A DNA stretch of 64,000 bases from a virus: UHGV virus genome UHGV-0248979; one strand, written 5' to 3'. Made by a program: the position numbers and the translations under genes. Positions 20,001-29,652 of the stretch are shown piece by piece. The notes under the pieces are model-generated. The model did no database searches. It had not been told where the DNA came from and saw only the letters and a program-made list of their open reading frames with translations. Position 1 is the first letter of the stretch. Each line of letters starts with the position of its first letter.

Positions 20001-21277
20001 GCTATCTGCGCATTGACCTAACTACCAAAACCTGTAAGTTGGGGATTGGTTCCCGTTCAGATTCTGCTGTTACGGATATTCCGTTAGTGATGGAGGAGTC
20101 TGGGGAAACGGCAGTGGCCGCAACGTTTAAGGATGTGTTGTTCAACGGTGAGGAAACCAACGCGGCGACGCTCGACTTGATAGGTTGGGGTGCCAGCCGA
20201 GATAAAATTTCTGCAAACCATGCACCTCGTGGCATGATTCGCTATCGTTACAACGTAAACAGTCGGGTATTACGTTTAGCACTGACGTTCTCACAGTTCG
20301 GAACGACAACAGTTAAACATCGACAGCTGGAGATTCAATTCCCGTTCGATTTAGTGGATTATTTCACTGGCGACGGTGTGGGATTGTCGTTTAAAGAACT
20401 GTCTGCGAAATGCCGTGTAACGATTAGTCACGCGCTGATTGATCCGGCTACGAGTAACGTCGACATTGATAAGTACCATTACTTACGTTCGTTGTTCGAA
20501 TCGTATCTGGATTCGTCCGTTGGGTATTTGGCTGATACCAAAGACGTTGATTTTAGTCAGACTGTGATTGACCCCGCGACTTATGAGATTAGTCAGAAAT
20601 ACCGCGTTACAGAAAGCATCGCGCTGCCAACCGGCCAGGGAAGTGTTGCTGTTTCACATGACGGTCAGTTGCCTGCGCAGTTCTTTGACCGTAAGCTGTC
20701 TCGTGGTGCCTTGATGGCCAAGAAAGGTGAACTCAACGCTTCCTGGAATAATGAGTGGAGCACGACTAAAGCTGCTGCGAGTCGTTATCGCCATAAACTC
20801 ATTCTACGCTTTGCACAAGGTGCTGATAAACAGCAGTATCGCGTTGCAAAAGTGGCCGGGACGGTGAAGTCTAACTGGCCGGGTAAAGTGATTATCGGTG
20901 ATGCCGGGAAGGACCCGTATGTATCGGCTATTGATAGCGTATCTTTTGCGCTTTCGACCGCCTCTGATACAGGTAAAGCGATTACTCTTACGCCAAAGGA
21001 CTTACGTGTAGGTCAGGACATTTATATTGTCTTAGAACCGCCCGGCAATAATCCGGAAGGTTATGAACTTAACTTTACCTGTTCGTTAGATGTCACTGAC
21101 GAGAAAAGTGTCCGTCAAGATCAACTCAATGCACAGAGTTTCGAACTCCGTAGCGGCGAAAGTCAGTTCTTAATGGAGAAACGCAACCCGTACCACATCA
21201 CGAGTAAAGCGTGGAAGTGGATTCTGGCTGTACTGAAACGAGAACTTAACGGGAAGCAGTTAGGGGATCGTACTTAG
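17096..21277 (+). CDS. large virion structural-type protein (1393 aa)
   Basis: ATG at 17096 after AAGGAGA RBS; shared N-terminal motif; GHHHDW and Gly-rich linker segments. Confidence 0.55.
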   Translation: MKAYPYDPRGTKTENHFLEERIIGSENNNDRVVILDHRPFFEDLVVRQPGSTTPLSRGVDYELQYQLTELDDSVAANVYCGVHLINPSIKGIVTFEGQMLGGTFYDPFVDILDELVKYLNNPVSADWLLLEGRPSLYPATPAATSWADLLNKKYLASAVHDVELKTDDANQLIKDKLAEVKALVAALGKEIETFNYPAHIAETNPHQTTSAQINAHPVNLKTPDTFMAYGLKLKALTDELKAFRLPQSVIDTYISHWISSEVRGVFNCTVSGNRAQFRSKNGESEIIFANDGFTLKSNGSVVLAVGHLEGTGAGRYINWRAGKNILRIESTGDALGMNKLTLNGNPLLTTTALMEYQQDPDAGGSGGGDPDDSKVYIEGRNGISFTGKGSRTDPIVGTIDPTKATTTEKGVVKLKTGKGTEIVGVAATPASLAPYATDLSGYVAKTTMINGKPMNDGSRTITKADLGLGQADNTADLDKPLSTKLTEAVSGLADVGHHHDWSELGIYKASQSVYGIGRYATNQNGLVENRAVVPNILKELSARLSVVAAAIANAKEGTVTDFAAVKGADWRFNSQGTAISVQDLKYFYLLDGTKGDSTVTGAIDLQTTPMFNWFSPNNQLELTWPTGKVSKGTGISWDGIVDPPTMGFQSVPVGKSATQMGVQSVVSVLAKTRVKARQKRLFVYAAGGGTITVYVNGVVGATGASPLLMNYGTSPDVENYTIAVKAECSDTAKSAAVQFEVYDGDYPVYFSGPETRVELLQEFVTTHVGIRHYLYVNMLTGSLYSRAEPVQGFEVDPERGYIGYVDIVPGQSYANKTVGFETTFDFGKSAEVSEHNSIRKAHGLNAADWSLTDNPRLPLLNRAIAEPRACIFRKPLATATGDVFHLVSRGLYTYAHNQNVKSSLQYVVIPEGATPYCWFTPFNPKENNAPTFEGSFAFDVDDVGGTQALAAAPDLVLCTSTQGSSVKRRYLRIDLTTKTCKLGIGSRSDSAVTDIPLVMEESGETAVAATFKDVLFNGEETNAATLDLIGWGASRDKISANHAPRGMIRYRYNVNSRVLRLALTFSQFGTTTVKHRQLEIQFPFDLVDYFTGDGVGLSFKELSAKCRVTISHALIDPATSNVDIDKYHYLRSLFESYLDSSVGYLADTKDVDFSQTVIDPATYEISQKYRVTESIALPTGQGSVAVSHDGQLPAQFFDRKLSRGALMAKKGELNASWNNEWSTTKAAASRYRHKLILRFAQGADKQQYRVAKVAGTVKSNWPGKVIIGDAGKDPYVSAIDSVSFALSTASDTGKAITLTPKDLRVGQDIYIVLEPPGNNPEGYELNFTCSLDVTDEKSVRQDQLNAQSFELRSGESQFLMEKRNPYHITSKAWKWILAVLKRELNGKQLGDRT

Positions 21278-21315
21278 GACAGACTGCCTGCGGGCAGTTG
21301 TGTGTCCGTAGGTAA

Positions 21316-21352
21316 CCCCTCCCTGTAATGGGGAGGGGTATCCATTTTATTT
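21316..21352 (+). terminator. rho-independent terminator
   Basis: CCCCTCCC-TGTAAT-GGGGAGGGG hairpin followed by ATCCATTTTATTT. Confidence 0.6.
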
Positions 21353-21371
21353 AAAAGTAGGAGTCTTTACG

Positions 21372-24300
21372 ATGCCGAGAGAAGACGCGGCGCAGTTTAA
21401 CGGTACGCTAAGCACAACGACGTACCCTAACCGATTTAACGTGGTCATTCCGCCTGAAGGACCTTTTTATCGTATCGGATTAAAACTCACAGTAGCCGAC
21501 GATACCGCGCCTAACGGACGTCGTACTCTGATTGAGGGGTTGGACTACTATTTAGGCTATTACTTTAAAGAACTCGCAGAAGCTGAACAAGATCAGATTT
21601 ATGGCGGGTTTATGTTGCTTACTGCAACAGAAATCGAATATGAGATTTTAGGGGTAGCACGGCAGTATCGTGTACCGCAATCTGAAATCGGGAAGTTCTT
21701 AGTTCGTACTGACCTGAAAGACCCGCGTAACGTGGACTGGTCGGAGTTAATGGCGTACGCGCCGGTTATTCAACCAATCGACCCCCCTGCTAACTTAGAA
21801 GAAGCTATTCTGAGGGACGAGGTCGTTAAAGCGTTGAACGATATCCGTAAGAAAATCGTTCAGCGTTCAACAGAGTTAGATGCGGCCTTCACCGAAGTCA
21901 CTAACCTGATTTACGAGAACGGTAAAAAGATTTTCGATGAAGAACTATACCAACACCACCTTAATCCTAACGCTCACCAGTATACGACCAATGACGTTGG
22001 GGCCCTTCCGGTTTTAGGACGTGCTGTTGACGCTACAAAAGCGTTTGGGTTGACAATTGACCAACTGGCTACGCTGATGGGTTCGGCGGGCATTGAGCAA
22101 TCAGACGTTGAACAGCTAATGGGTGAAGCCCTCGGTACCGTTTACGGTCGTTGGGGCACCACGAACGGTAACGAACTAACGTTTAAAACACCGGGTGGAC
22201 ACATCATCAGCATCCGTGGTGATAAGTGGTTAATTACCTCCCCGCAACCGTTAGTGATTAAAGCAGACCAAGACAACAACGAATCCGGTTTGGCGGTTGA
22301 GTTTAGTGCGGGACTGAATACGCTTTGGGTACACTCTGGGTCAGAACAGGATGTATTAGCACCGGTCTATAACTCTGTGTATCTCGTTACACCAGAAATG
22401 GTGAACATGTACCTGACGTCTGTAACGTTACTTGAAGCGAATGCCTATTTCAAACCGTCAGACACCGTAAAACCGTACGGTACAGCGAAGCAGTCTAACC
22501 CACTAACGTTGAACGCGAATATTCCCACAGCAACCGAGTCGGTTTATGGGGTGTTTTCGATTACGAATATCGCAACCTCTGTAGCGCTAGGCACTGCTAT
22601 TTCCCAAAAGGCTGTGACCGAGTTAAAAAACCGGTTGGACTTGTACGTTGACGACGACTACACGGTTAACGGTAAAGGGTTTGTTAAGACAGGCGACAAC
22701 ATGGTGTTAACCTTAACGAAGGCCGATTTCGGTATCGATAAGATGAATAACACCGCACCCATCGCTAAACCGGTAACAAAAGCGTTAGCGAACGTGCTGA
22801 AAAATAAAAGTTTGAAGGTACACACGCACACTACCGCTGATTTGGATAATGTCCCGATTGGTAGCGCAACAGTGGACGGTATCTTACAGCTGTGGGATGC
22901 GATTGATACCACGAATGATAAAGCCGTCACATCACGCCAAGGGTGGCTGTTCGCAAAAGAGATTAAGAAGGTCTCTGATAAACTGAATACCCTCTTGCCC
23001 GCATGGACAACGGCCGGGAGCAAATATACCAACAATTCGATATTGCCGATCTTGTCGATGGGTAATTACGAAGGTTATGGTAAAAACATGGATGCGCTCC
23101 AGATGGTTATAGGGGTACAACAAGGTAAGCTTTATGCTTTAATTAGCTCTAAATCCGCCCTTCCGGGAACTGAGGGTATTTATTACGCTGTTGCTGGGTT
23201 AAAAAACGACAAAAGTCTCGGTGAAATTTACAAAACAACTTTCCGTTATAAGCCGAAAGGGTTAGAGACGAATTATCCGGGGGTGGAACTAAAAGAAATT
23301 ACCGTTACTGGTACCGAAGCATTTATAGCGAAGGGCAGCGACGATAATTATTATTTAGTTAAACTGAACGGTTCAATGGATTACACCAAACATACCGATG
23401 TCAGGTTGGTAACTTTCTCAGAATTTGTTTCAGAAACAACATGGGAATTTGTGCCGAATATGTTCATGGATCGTGTGGTCATAGCCGATAACGGCGTCTA
23501 TGTTTTGCGTACGATGCTAATGGCCGATCTGAAAAACAATAGTCTGGTGGACTACATTAAGGATACTCCGCAACCTATGTTCCGTGTTGGGTTATTGCGA
23601 CTTAATAAAACCGATCGGTTTGAACAGGTTGATTTAAGCTCTACACGAAAAATCGGTAAGTGTGCCGATTTGGTTGAACCTGGCGCGTTCGATGTAGATA
23701 ATCCGAATACGAAGCGTCTTGCCTACTTCACTGCGGAAGGCAAAGCGTTGTGGACAGTGAATTTACAATTAACTAGAGGGGTGTCAAGATGGATAACGCC
23801 CGTTGTTAAGGACGGTCACTTGTTAACCGTCGGCGTGTCTGGCGTTTGTCTTGGTTTTTCTTCAACGAAAGGTACCACATTCGGGCCATGGAATGGTGCT
23901 TATCGTCTCGACCTATTAACCGGGGAGGTTGGGTTAGAGACAACTAACATCTTCCCAATCAAAATCGATACTACAGGTTGCTACTTAAAAGACGGAACAA
24001 AAATAGAGCTGAAATGGAAATGGGCTACTCGAAGTTCTGGCTATATGGCCGACAATAGAATCTGTGTCGGTGATATGGTTTATTCTTGCTGCTGTTCGAC
24101 AGAAAAACAACTTGCACCATCTCTCCATTACCAGAAACTCCCAGAAGGAGTTAGTTATCTGGACTATGTTAAGTTGAGTGTGGGGTATGAGGGGCAATCT
24201 ACGTTTGAAAATCGGATAAATCCTGTGGTGGGTTCGGTGTGGAAACCGTCTATGACCTTCCCATTGTTCTTCCCAGGAACAAACAAAGTATGGCTTAAAC

Positions 24301-26558
24301 ATCAAAAATCGGCTTATTTCATCGAAGCCGAATATGATAAAAATACGACCTATGGTTATCCTGGATACGCTGGTTTTGGACCAACATCCCGCCGTGTTGA
24401 AAAAACAGCGAACGAATACGGCATATTGACAAATATACCGCTGGTTGTTACGCCAGAAATACCGAAAGGTCTACTAGATGGGGCTTACTTTATCGGTGCT
24501 GAAAGTAAACCATGTAAAGTTGTTTACGGTACCACTACGGTGGCTAGTGATCGGTTGTCTATCGATGCGGCAGAATGGGCGAAGTTGACTAATATTGTTC
24601 AGTCCAGCCAGTTCTCTGGGGCATCTAACGGCAACGCCTATGAGCGGATTAGCGTAGCTAAGACCAAAAAGAACAACTACAGTTTGTCCTTTTGGGTGCT
24701 TGGTCAAACGATGTCTGGTGGTCCGCTTTGTATCGCGATAGTGAGTCTTATCTATAAAGACACTGACGGGGTAAATAAGTTTGCTTTTTACTTCTTTCAG
24801 GTAAAACCGACTATAACCAACGGGGTCATAAGGTTCGTTAGTTCGGAAGCGAGAATGATGACGTTCAGGGAAAAAGTGGCCAGTAACGCCATTAATCTCT
24901 CACCCACAGCTTTTAATGGTGAACTTAAACAACGCTCCGGTCAAGTTTTCCTTTATTCGCAAGACGGACAAAAGTTCAGATTCTCAATACATAACCTGGT
25001 TGGCGGGAATCTTGTAGGATCAGAGATTTCTTTTGCTTTTGGGATAAACTTGACTAAAAAAGGCGAATGGTTTACCGGCGAAATTCATCGGGCGTGGGGC
25101 TATACGTATACGCTGAATAATACATCTGAAGTCTATATACCCGATCTCTCGGGCATCGCGCTATTGACTTGTAACTCGGAAGATTTAAACGAGTTGTATC
25201 TCGGTGGCGAACAGTATAGAATCTCTGATTTGTTTAACAAAAAATATACTGTTATCGATAAGATTATTATTGGTGGCGTACAAACACAGAGCGGTTGGAA
25301 TTTCTATCTGACGGAGGAAACCGAGTTAAGTTTTGGAAATAAAAGATATACCGTTCCAAGATGGTCCGTTGATTTAAGCGATGAATTCCCGACCAATCAC
25401 GCTAACCAGACGTTCTACGTTTATGCTGAAGTGGTCGGTTCTACTGCCCAATACCGCATCGGTTTAGAGCAGTTAGCTGATACCTCGTCGAGACTGTTTG
25501 TTGGGACAGTAACCACTGATTCGAACCGTATTACGGATATCAGTATCGATAAAGTAAAACGGTTAGGTCGCGTAAAAGAGCTGGAAAATCATGCCTCGAT
25601 TGTTGATCAGCATGATGTGGCGCAGGCGTTCGACAGGAAAACTGGCCCACTATTAACGCTGGTTAATAAACCCGTTAAAGTCGTTACAGCATCTGCGAGC
25701 AAGGGTGCTGGGTATGTCGATGGTCAGAAATGGAATACGTTGTCCGGGATTACAACACGTTCCAGGTTGCCGGTACAGGAAACCTATTCAGGTTATAAAA
25801 GTATCAGCAGGGTGGCGTATGAGAACTGCGCTGACCAGTTCTGGCAGAAAGCGGTTGCTGCGAACGTTGCAGCGGCTACTGCTTCTGAGAACAAACAAGC
25901 AGCAACCGCGAACATGAAGTGGTTGGGCGCGTATACGAAACCGACTACTGGCGAGTATGCATATCTGGCATTGAGTCTGCGTGTTAAAGTACCTGGCGAT
26001 CCTGGTACTACTAATCGTCGACTGAAAATCAGGCTTGCGGCCCCGACAGGTATAACTCAAGTTCGTTACGGGCTAAATCAGTCTGGCGGTACGATGACTG
26101 AACAGACAGTAACGCTAACTGCTAACAGTTACCTGGAAAAAGAACACGCGGGATTTAAGCCAGCCGCCGAAGTCCGCCTTCATGCTACGTTTGTCATTCC
26201 AAAAAATGAATACGATAGTTACCGGACCAAATTTGGTGCTGTTCAGCTGATTGACGTTGAGACGAACACTGTCATTAAACAGACAGATATCGACACACCG
26301 TTTATCGTGTACACCGCCACAGAGCAAGCGGCACAATCTGGTTTGGTGTATAAAGCGGTTAAGAGTCAGTTTCGTCAACTCCCGGCTCAACCTGTCGTCA
26401 TTGTAACTGATGGACAGACAGGGACTACACCACCGGTGAAAACCGCGTTTTCTGACGGGACATTAACGGTCTACGTGGCAACCACGTACGATGCGGTTAA
26501 CCCAGCACAAACTCGCGATATCGATAAGCTCCAGTTCAATCTTATGTTTACATCTTAA
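21372..26558 (+). CDS. large virion structural-type protein (1728 aa)
   Basis: AGGAG RBS; shared N-terminal motif (EGPFYRIGLKLTV...GLDYYLGYYF). Confidence 0.55.
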   Translation: MPREDAAQFNGTLSTTTYPNRFNVVIPPEGPFYRIGLKLTVADDTAPNGRRTLIEGLDYYLGYYFKELAEAEQDQIYGGFMLLTATEIEYEILGVARQYRVPQSEIGKFLVRTDLKDPRNVDWSELMAYAPVIQPIDPPANLEEAILRDEVVKALNDIRKKIVQRSTELDAAFTEVTNLIYENGKKIFDEELYQHHLNPNAHQYTTNDVGALPVLGRAVDATKAFGLTIDQLATLMGSAGIEQSDVEQLMGEALGTVYGRWGTTNGNELTFKTPGGHIISIRGDKWLITSPQPLVIKADQDNNESGLAVEFSAGLNTLWVHSGSEQDVLAPVYNSVYLVTPEMVNMYLTSVTLLEANAYFKPSDTVKPYGTAKQSNPLTLNANIPTATESVYGVFSITNIATSVALGTAISQKAVTELKNRLDLYVDDDYTVNGKGFVKTGDNMVLTLTKADFGIDKMNNTAPIAKPVTKALANVLKNKSLKVHTHTTADLDNVPIGSATVDGILQLWDAIDTTNDKAVTSRQGWLFAKEIKKVSDKLNTLLPAWTTAGSKYTNNSILPILSMGNYEGYGKNMDALQMVIGVQQGKLYALISSKSALPGTEGIYYAVAGLKNDKSLGEIYKTTFRYKPKGLETNYPGVELKEITVTGTEAFIAKGSDDNYYLVKLNGSMDYTKHTDVRLVTFSEFVSETTWEFVPNMFMDRVVIADNGVYVLRTMLMADLKNNSLVDYIKDTPQPMFRVGLLRLNKTDRFEQVDLSSTRKIGKCADLVEPGAFDVDNPNTKRLAYFTAEGKALWTVNLQLTRGVSRWITPVVKDGHLLTVGVSGVCLGFSSTKGTTFGPWNGAYRLDLLTGEVGLETTNIFPIKIDTTGCYLKDGTKIELKWKWATRSSGYMADNRICVGDMVYSCCCSTEKQLAPSLHYQKLPEGVSYLDYVKLSVGYEGQSTFENRINPVVGSVWKPSMTFPLFFPGTNKVWLKHQKSAYFIEAEYDKNTTYGYPGYAGFGPTSRRVEKTANEYGILTNIPLVVTPEIPKGLLDGAYFIGAESKPCKVVYGTTTVASDRLSIDAAEWAKLTNIVQSSQFSGASNGNAYERISVAKTKKNNYSLSFWVLGQTMSGGPLCIAIVSLIYKDTDGVNKFAFYFFQVKPTITNGVIRFVSSEARMMTFREKVASNAINLSPTAFNGELKQRSGQVFLYSQDGQKFRFSIHNLVGGNLVGSEISFAFGINLTKKGEWFTGEIHRAWGYTYTLNNTSEVYIPDLSGIALLTCNSEDLNELYLGGEQYRISDLFNKKYTVIDKIIIGGVQTQSGWNFYLTEETELSFGNKRYTVPRWSVDLSDEFPTNHANQTFYVYAEVVGSTAQYRIGLEQLADTSSRLFVGTVTTDSNRITDISIDKVKRLGRVKELENHASIVDQHDVAQAFDRKTGPLLTLVNKPVKVVTASASKGAGYVDGQKWNTLSGITTRSRLPVQETYSGYKSISRVAYENCADQFWQKAVAANVAAATASENKQAATANMKWLGAYTKPTTGEYAYLALSLRVKVPGDPGTTNRRLKIRLAAPTGITQVRYGLNQSGGTMTEQTVTLTANSYLEKEHAGFKPAAEVRLHATFVIPKNEYDSYRTKFGAVQLIDVETNTVIKQTDIDTPFIVYTATEQAAQSGLVYKAVKSQFRQLPAQPVVIVTDGQTGTTPPVKTAFSDGTLTVYVATTYDAVNPAQTRDIDKLQFNLMFTS

Positions 26559-26598
26559 CGCCACGAGACAAGGACGTCTCGGATTAAGGAGAGTGGCC

Positions 26599-27798
26599 AT
26601 GGCCTCCATTGTATACCAATACCCTTTAGATTTAACGGGAACCCTAACCTCTAACGCCGTGGAGCGTCAGATTACGTTAGGTACAGGCAAAGTTAACCGT
26701 GCGTTTGCTTTCCCTGATGGTCCGTTTTATGCCGATACGTTCCGCTTGCGGGTTGCCAATCGACCTGGAGCGACATATGAGCGTGGAACGGACTATGAAC
26801 TGATTTTTGCACACCCGGCTTATGAGAAATTGACGAAGAACCGGGAAGTGGTAATGGCGGTTGTTGTAACGAACACCGCGATTCCGACCGATATCACGGT
26901 ATCGGCGCAAGTAGTTGGTGGTCCGCAGTCTGCAAATGTGACCGCGATTGAGCAAGCGATTGCCGAGTTGAAACTCGATAATCGAACTGTTGGCTTTAAA
27001 GACTTGCGAAATGTGCCGGACACGTTTCCTTCAGCACCAACGTATAAAGACGTCGGTGATATTTACGGCTTCGAATATATCATTACAGTGCTCGCTGGCA
27101 TTAAAGATGCGATAACTGCGGGTGATGCTGTACAGCTTGAGAACATCAAAGCGATTCTCGAAAGCCTGAAAAACGATTTCCTGGACGCGCTGAACGCGCA
27201 CATTAACTCCACTGGTAACGTCCACCATCTGGATATTCATCAGGTTAACGGGTTAACAGAAACGGAAATCCGCGCTTTAATTCGCAGTGTTCAGACAGCC
27301 ATTGATGCAACGATTGCCGATATCAATGCATTGAAGAAAGCGGACGTAGCGTTAGGAAAACGTATTGATGCCGTTGTCAAATCTCTGGAAGCGTGGAACG
27401 ACCAACTTAACGTCGTTGCACAAAACTACCAGAAAATGGCACTGGCAATGGCGAACCTAAACTCGTTAGTGTTACAGTTACAGAAAAATATCAACGATCT
27501 GAGCACCAAACTCAACCAAGCGATTCAACGTATTGCTGCGTTAGAGCAACGGGGTAATGAGACTGATCAGAAAATTGATAAACTGCAACAAAACCTGGAT
27601 GCGCTTAAACAACAGGTTGCGAATAACACGAACGCTATTAGTCAGGCGAATCAGAACCTACAAAACCACATTGCGGCGGATAATCCACACACAGGTTACC
27701 TGCACAAGAAATACGGTGGCGTGGTTCAGGCTTCAGTACACGTTAACGCTAACTTGACGTCCCGTGATGACGTTCAGGCAGAAGCAGGTACGAAATAA
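26599..27798 (+). CDS. fibrous coiled-coil protein (399 aa), fibritin/short-fiber-like
   Basis: Start moved to ATG 26599 (AAGGAGAG RBS); N-terminal shared motif DGPFYADTFRLRV...GTDYELIF; long heptad-like C-terminal half. Confidence 0.5.
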   Translation: MASIVYQYPLDLTGTLTSNAVERQITLGTGKVNRAFAFPDGPFYADTFRLRVANRPGATYERGTDYELIFAHPAYEKLTKNREVVMAVVVTNTAIPTDITVSAQVVGGPQSANVTAIEQAIAELKLDNRTVGFKDLRNVPDTFPSAPTYKDVGDIYGFEYIITVLAGIKDAITAGDAVQLENIKAILESLKNDFLDALNAHINSTGNVHHLDIHQVNGLTETEIRALIRSVQTAIDATIADINALKKADVALGKRIDAVVKSLEAWNDQLNVVAQNYQKMALAMANLNSLVLQLQKNINDLSTKLNQAIQRIAALEQRGNETDQKIDKLQQNLDALKQQVANNTNAISQANQNLQNHIAADNPHTGYLHKKYGGVVQASVHVNANLTSRDDVQAEAGTK

Positions 27799-27808
27799 TT
27801 TAATTACA

Positions 27809-27854
27809 GGAGGAACTATGTTTATGGACGTAGTCCTCCATTCTTTTTTATTTT
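27809..27854 (+). terminator. putative rho-independent terminator
   Basis: GGAGGA...TCCTCC stem followed by ATTCTTTTTTATTTT. Confidence 0.45.
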
Positions 27855-27865
27855 AAGGATACGTG

Positions 27866-28258
27866 ATGGCGATCAGTGTTAAAAATGTGCGTGACCGAAT
27901 CACCAACGTAGAGAACCAAATGGCAACTGGCCCACGTGTTGATCCGCAAGTTGCGTCGAAAGCACATAACGCTGCTGATTCATTTTCAGGTTGGACACCC
28001 GGTCGATTAGATTGTGGAGGTAGCTGTAGCTGGACATGCTCAAACGGTTGTACGCATGGTTGTACGAGTTGTTCAGGTACATGTACATCGGTGTGCGTAG
28101 GAAGCTGTTCCTCTGCGTGTGGTAATCAATGCAGTGGTTGTAGCGGAACGTGTTCGGGTGGTTGTTCAGGATGTAGTGGGACTTGTAGTGGGGGATGTGC
28201 TGGACGTTGTTCCTCGGGGTGTAGTGGTTCTTGTGCAGGTGGTTGTTCTAACCCATAA
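27866..28258 (+). CDS. Cys/Ser/Gly-rich repeat protein 1 (putative radical SAM substrate, RiPP-precursor-like)
   Basis: About 50-aa N-terminal region with KNVRDRI motif, then core starting CGGSCSWTCS with roughly 25 Cys in Cx2C/Cx3C spacing; AAGGA RBS. Confidence 0.55.
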   Translation: MAISVKNVRDRITNVENQMATGPRVDPQVASKAHNAADSFSGWTPGRLDCGGSCSWTCSNGCTHGCTSCSGTCTSVCVGSCSSACGNQCSGCSGTCSGGCSGCSGTCSGGCAGRCSSGCSGSCAGGCSNP

Positions 28259-28277
28259 AAAATAAGGATCAATTCGA

Positions 28278-29192
28278 ATGGAAGAACTTACTAGACCGAC
28301 GGTATCCGATAAGCTTTACAGTAATCCGAGAACGTTAAACGTGATTACAACATCCAAATGTAATCTGGACTGTAGCTTCTGCGGCGGAGCCTATTACATG
28401 CATAGAGAGGATACAACCGCAGAAGTACAAAAGGAAAGTATTATCGAGGCGCTGGAAAATAACCCGACTATCACAAATATCCAATGGTCAGGGGGCGAAC
28501 CATTACTTGCCACGCGTAAAATTGATACCCTTATAGAAGAGATAAGGGAGAAGTATCCTCGTTGCGAACATTACCTGTATACCAATGGTTTAAAAATGCG
28601 TAAATCGCATCTACCGTTGTTAAAGGGTTTTGATAGTATCTTTTTTAGCATGGATGGATTCAAAGAATCAGAGCGTCCGTTCATGCGGATTATCGAAGAA
28701 AAACAATACGAGGTTTTGGAGACAATTTACGAATTGAAAAATATTCGTACTTGGGCGGTTTTGACACGCGAGCGTATTGGGGATAAACGTTGGTACGAAG
28801 ATATAATTGCGTTACATAACCACATTTACCATTATGGTTTTTGTGAGATGTCGCTGGTTTTGGACAAAAACATGCCAAAACCGTTATCTCCCGATCACGT
28901 TATGAACTTTATTTACGGGTATTTTAGAATTCAGGAGAATATAGAAAGACTGAATTCGTCCAATCGAAGTGAATGTGCGTTTACGCTAAATGCGTTATTT
29001 GATGAACCCTGTAACACATGTAGTCGTTGTTTTCGCATTGAGTCTGACGGTGCCCAGAACCAAGTAAAGAACGTTGAAATCGTAACGCAACACGGCTGTA
29101 GTGACTTGGCCAGAAAGGTTGGATTAGATGCTTACGACTATATACGTCGTGTGGTAGGGGCTAAGAATAGAGTCTCAGAAAAACTACGATAA
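28278..29192 (+). CDS. radical SAM enzyme 1
   Basis: CNLDCSFC (Cx3Cx2C) radical SAM cluster motif, GGEPLL SAM-binding motif, C-terminal CNTCSRC cysteines. Confidence 0.7.
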   Translation: MEELTRPTVSDKLYSNPRTLNVITTSKCNLDCSFCGGAYYMHREDTTAEVQKESIIEALENNPTITNIQWSGGEPLLATRKIDTLIEEIREKYPRCEHYLYTNGLKMRKSHLPLLKGFDSIFFSMDGFKESERPFMRIIEEKQYEVLETIYELKNIRTWAVLTRERIGDKRWYEDIIALHNHIYHYGFCEMSLVLDKNMPKPLSPDHVMNFIYGYFRIQENIERLNSSNRSECAFTLNALFDEPCNTCSRCFRIESDGAQNQVKNVEIVTQHGCSDLARKVGLDAYDYIRRVVGAKNRVSEKLR

Positions 29193-29250
29193 TTTTACAG
29201 AAAGTGAATTATAATGTGTCCTAGGGGGCACTAAACCAGTAGGTATTAAA

Positions 29251-29649
29251 ATGGCGATTGGTTTATCTTCTTTAAAGGCCCGGCTAGATAACATAGACTC
29301 TACTGCATTAAAAAATACAGGTGCGGTGCAGAACTATATTCGTGGTAAAGCCACTAATAATAGCGATCTGTTTGGAGGACAGCCGAGAAATCACTATGAC
29401 TGTGGGGGTAGCTGTAGCTGGACGTGCTCAAGTTGTTCGGGCGGCTGTACCGGCAACGCCTCCGGCGGCTGCGGTTCTTCCTGTTCAGCGAACTGTGTTT
29501 CAGGATGTAGTACAGGTTGCACAGGTTGTAGCAGTACCTGCTCAGGAGGGTGCACAGGTAATTGCTCGGGCGGTTGTTCAAGTAGTTGCACCGGAACATG
29601 TTCAGGTTCATGTCGAGGCGGATGTCAGCAATCGTGTACTGGAAGATAA
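29251..29649 (+). CDS. Cys/Ser/Gly-rich repeat protein 2 (putative radical SAM substrate)
   Basis: Core starts DCGGSCSWTCS like protein 1; leader with LKARLDNI motif. Confidence 0.55.
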   Translation: MAIGLSSLKARLDNIDSTALKNTGAVQNYIRGKATNNSDLFGGQPRNHYDCGGSCSWTCSSCSGGCTGNASGGCGSSCSANCVSGCSTGCTGCSSTCSGGCTGNCSGGCSSSCTGTCSGSCRGGCQQSCTGR

Positions 29650-29652
29650 GAA

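Noticed and set aside
17680-20235. Minus-strand ORFs inside the 1393-aa plus-strand gene (17680..17988, 18040..18546, 19217..19621 and others)
   Set aside because: Embedded antisense in a long continuous ORF; no independent signals.
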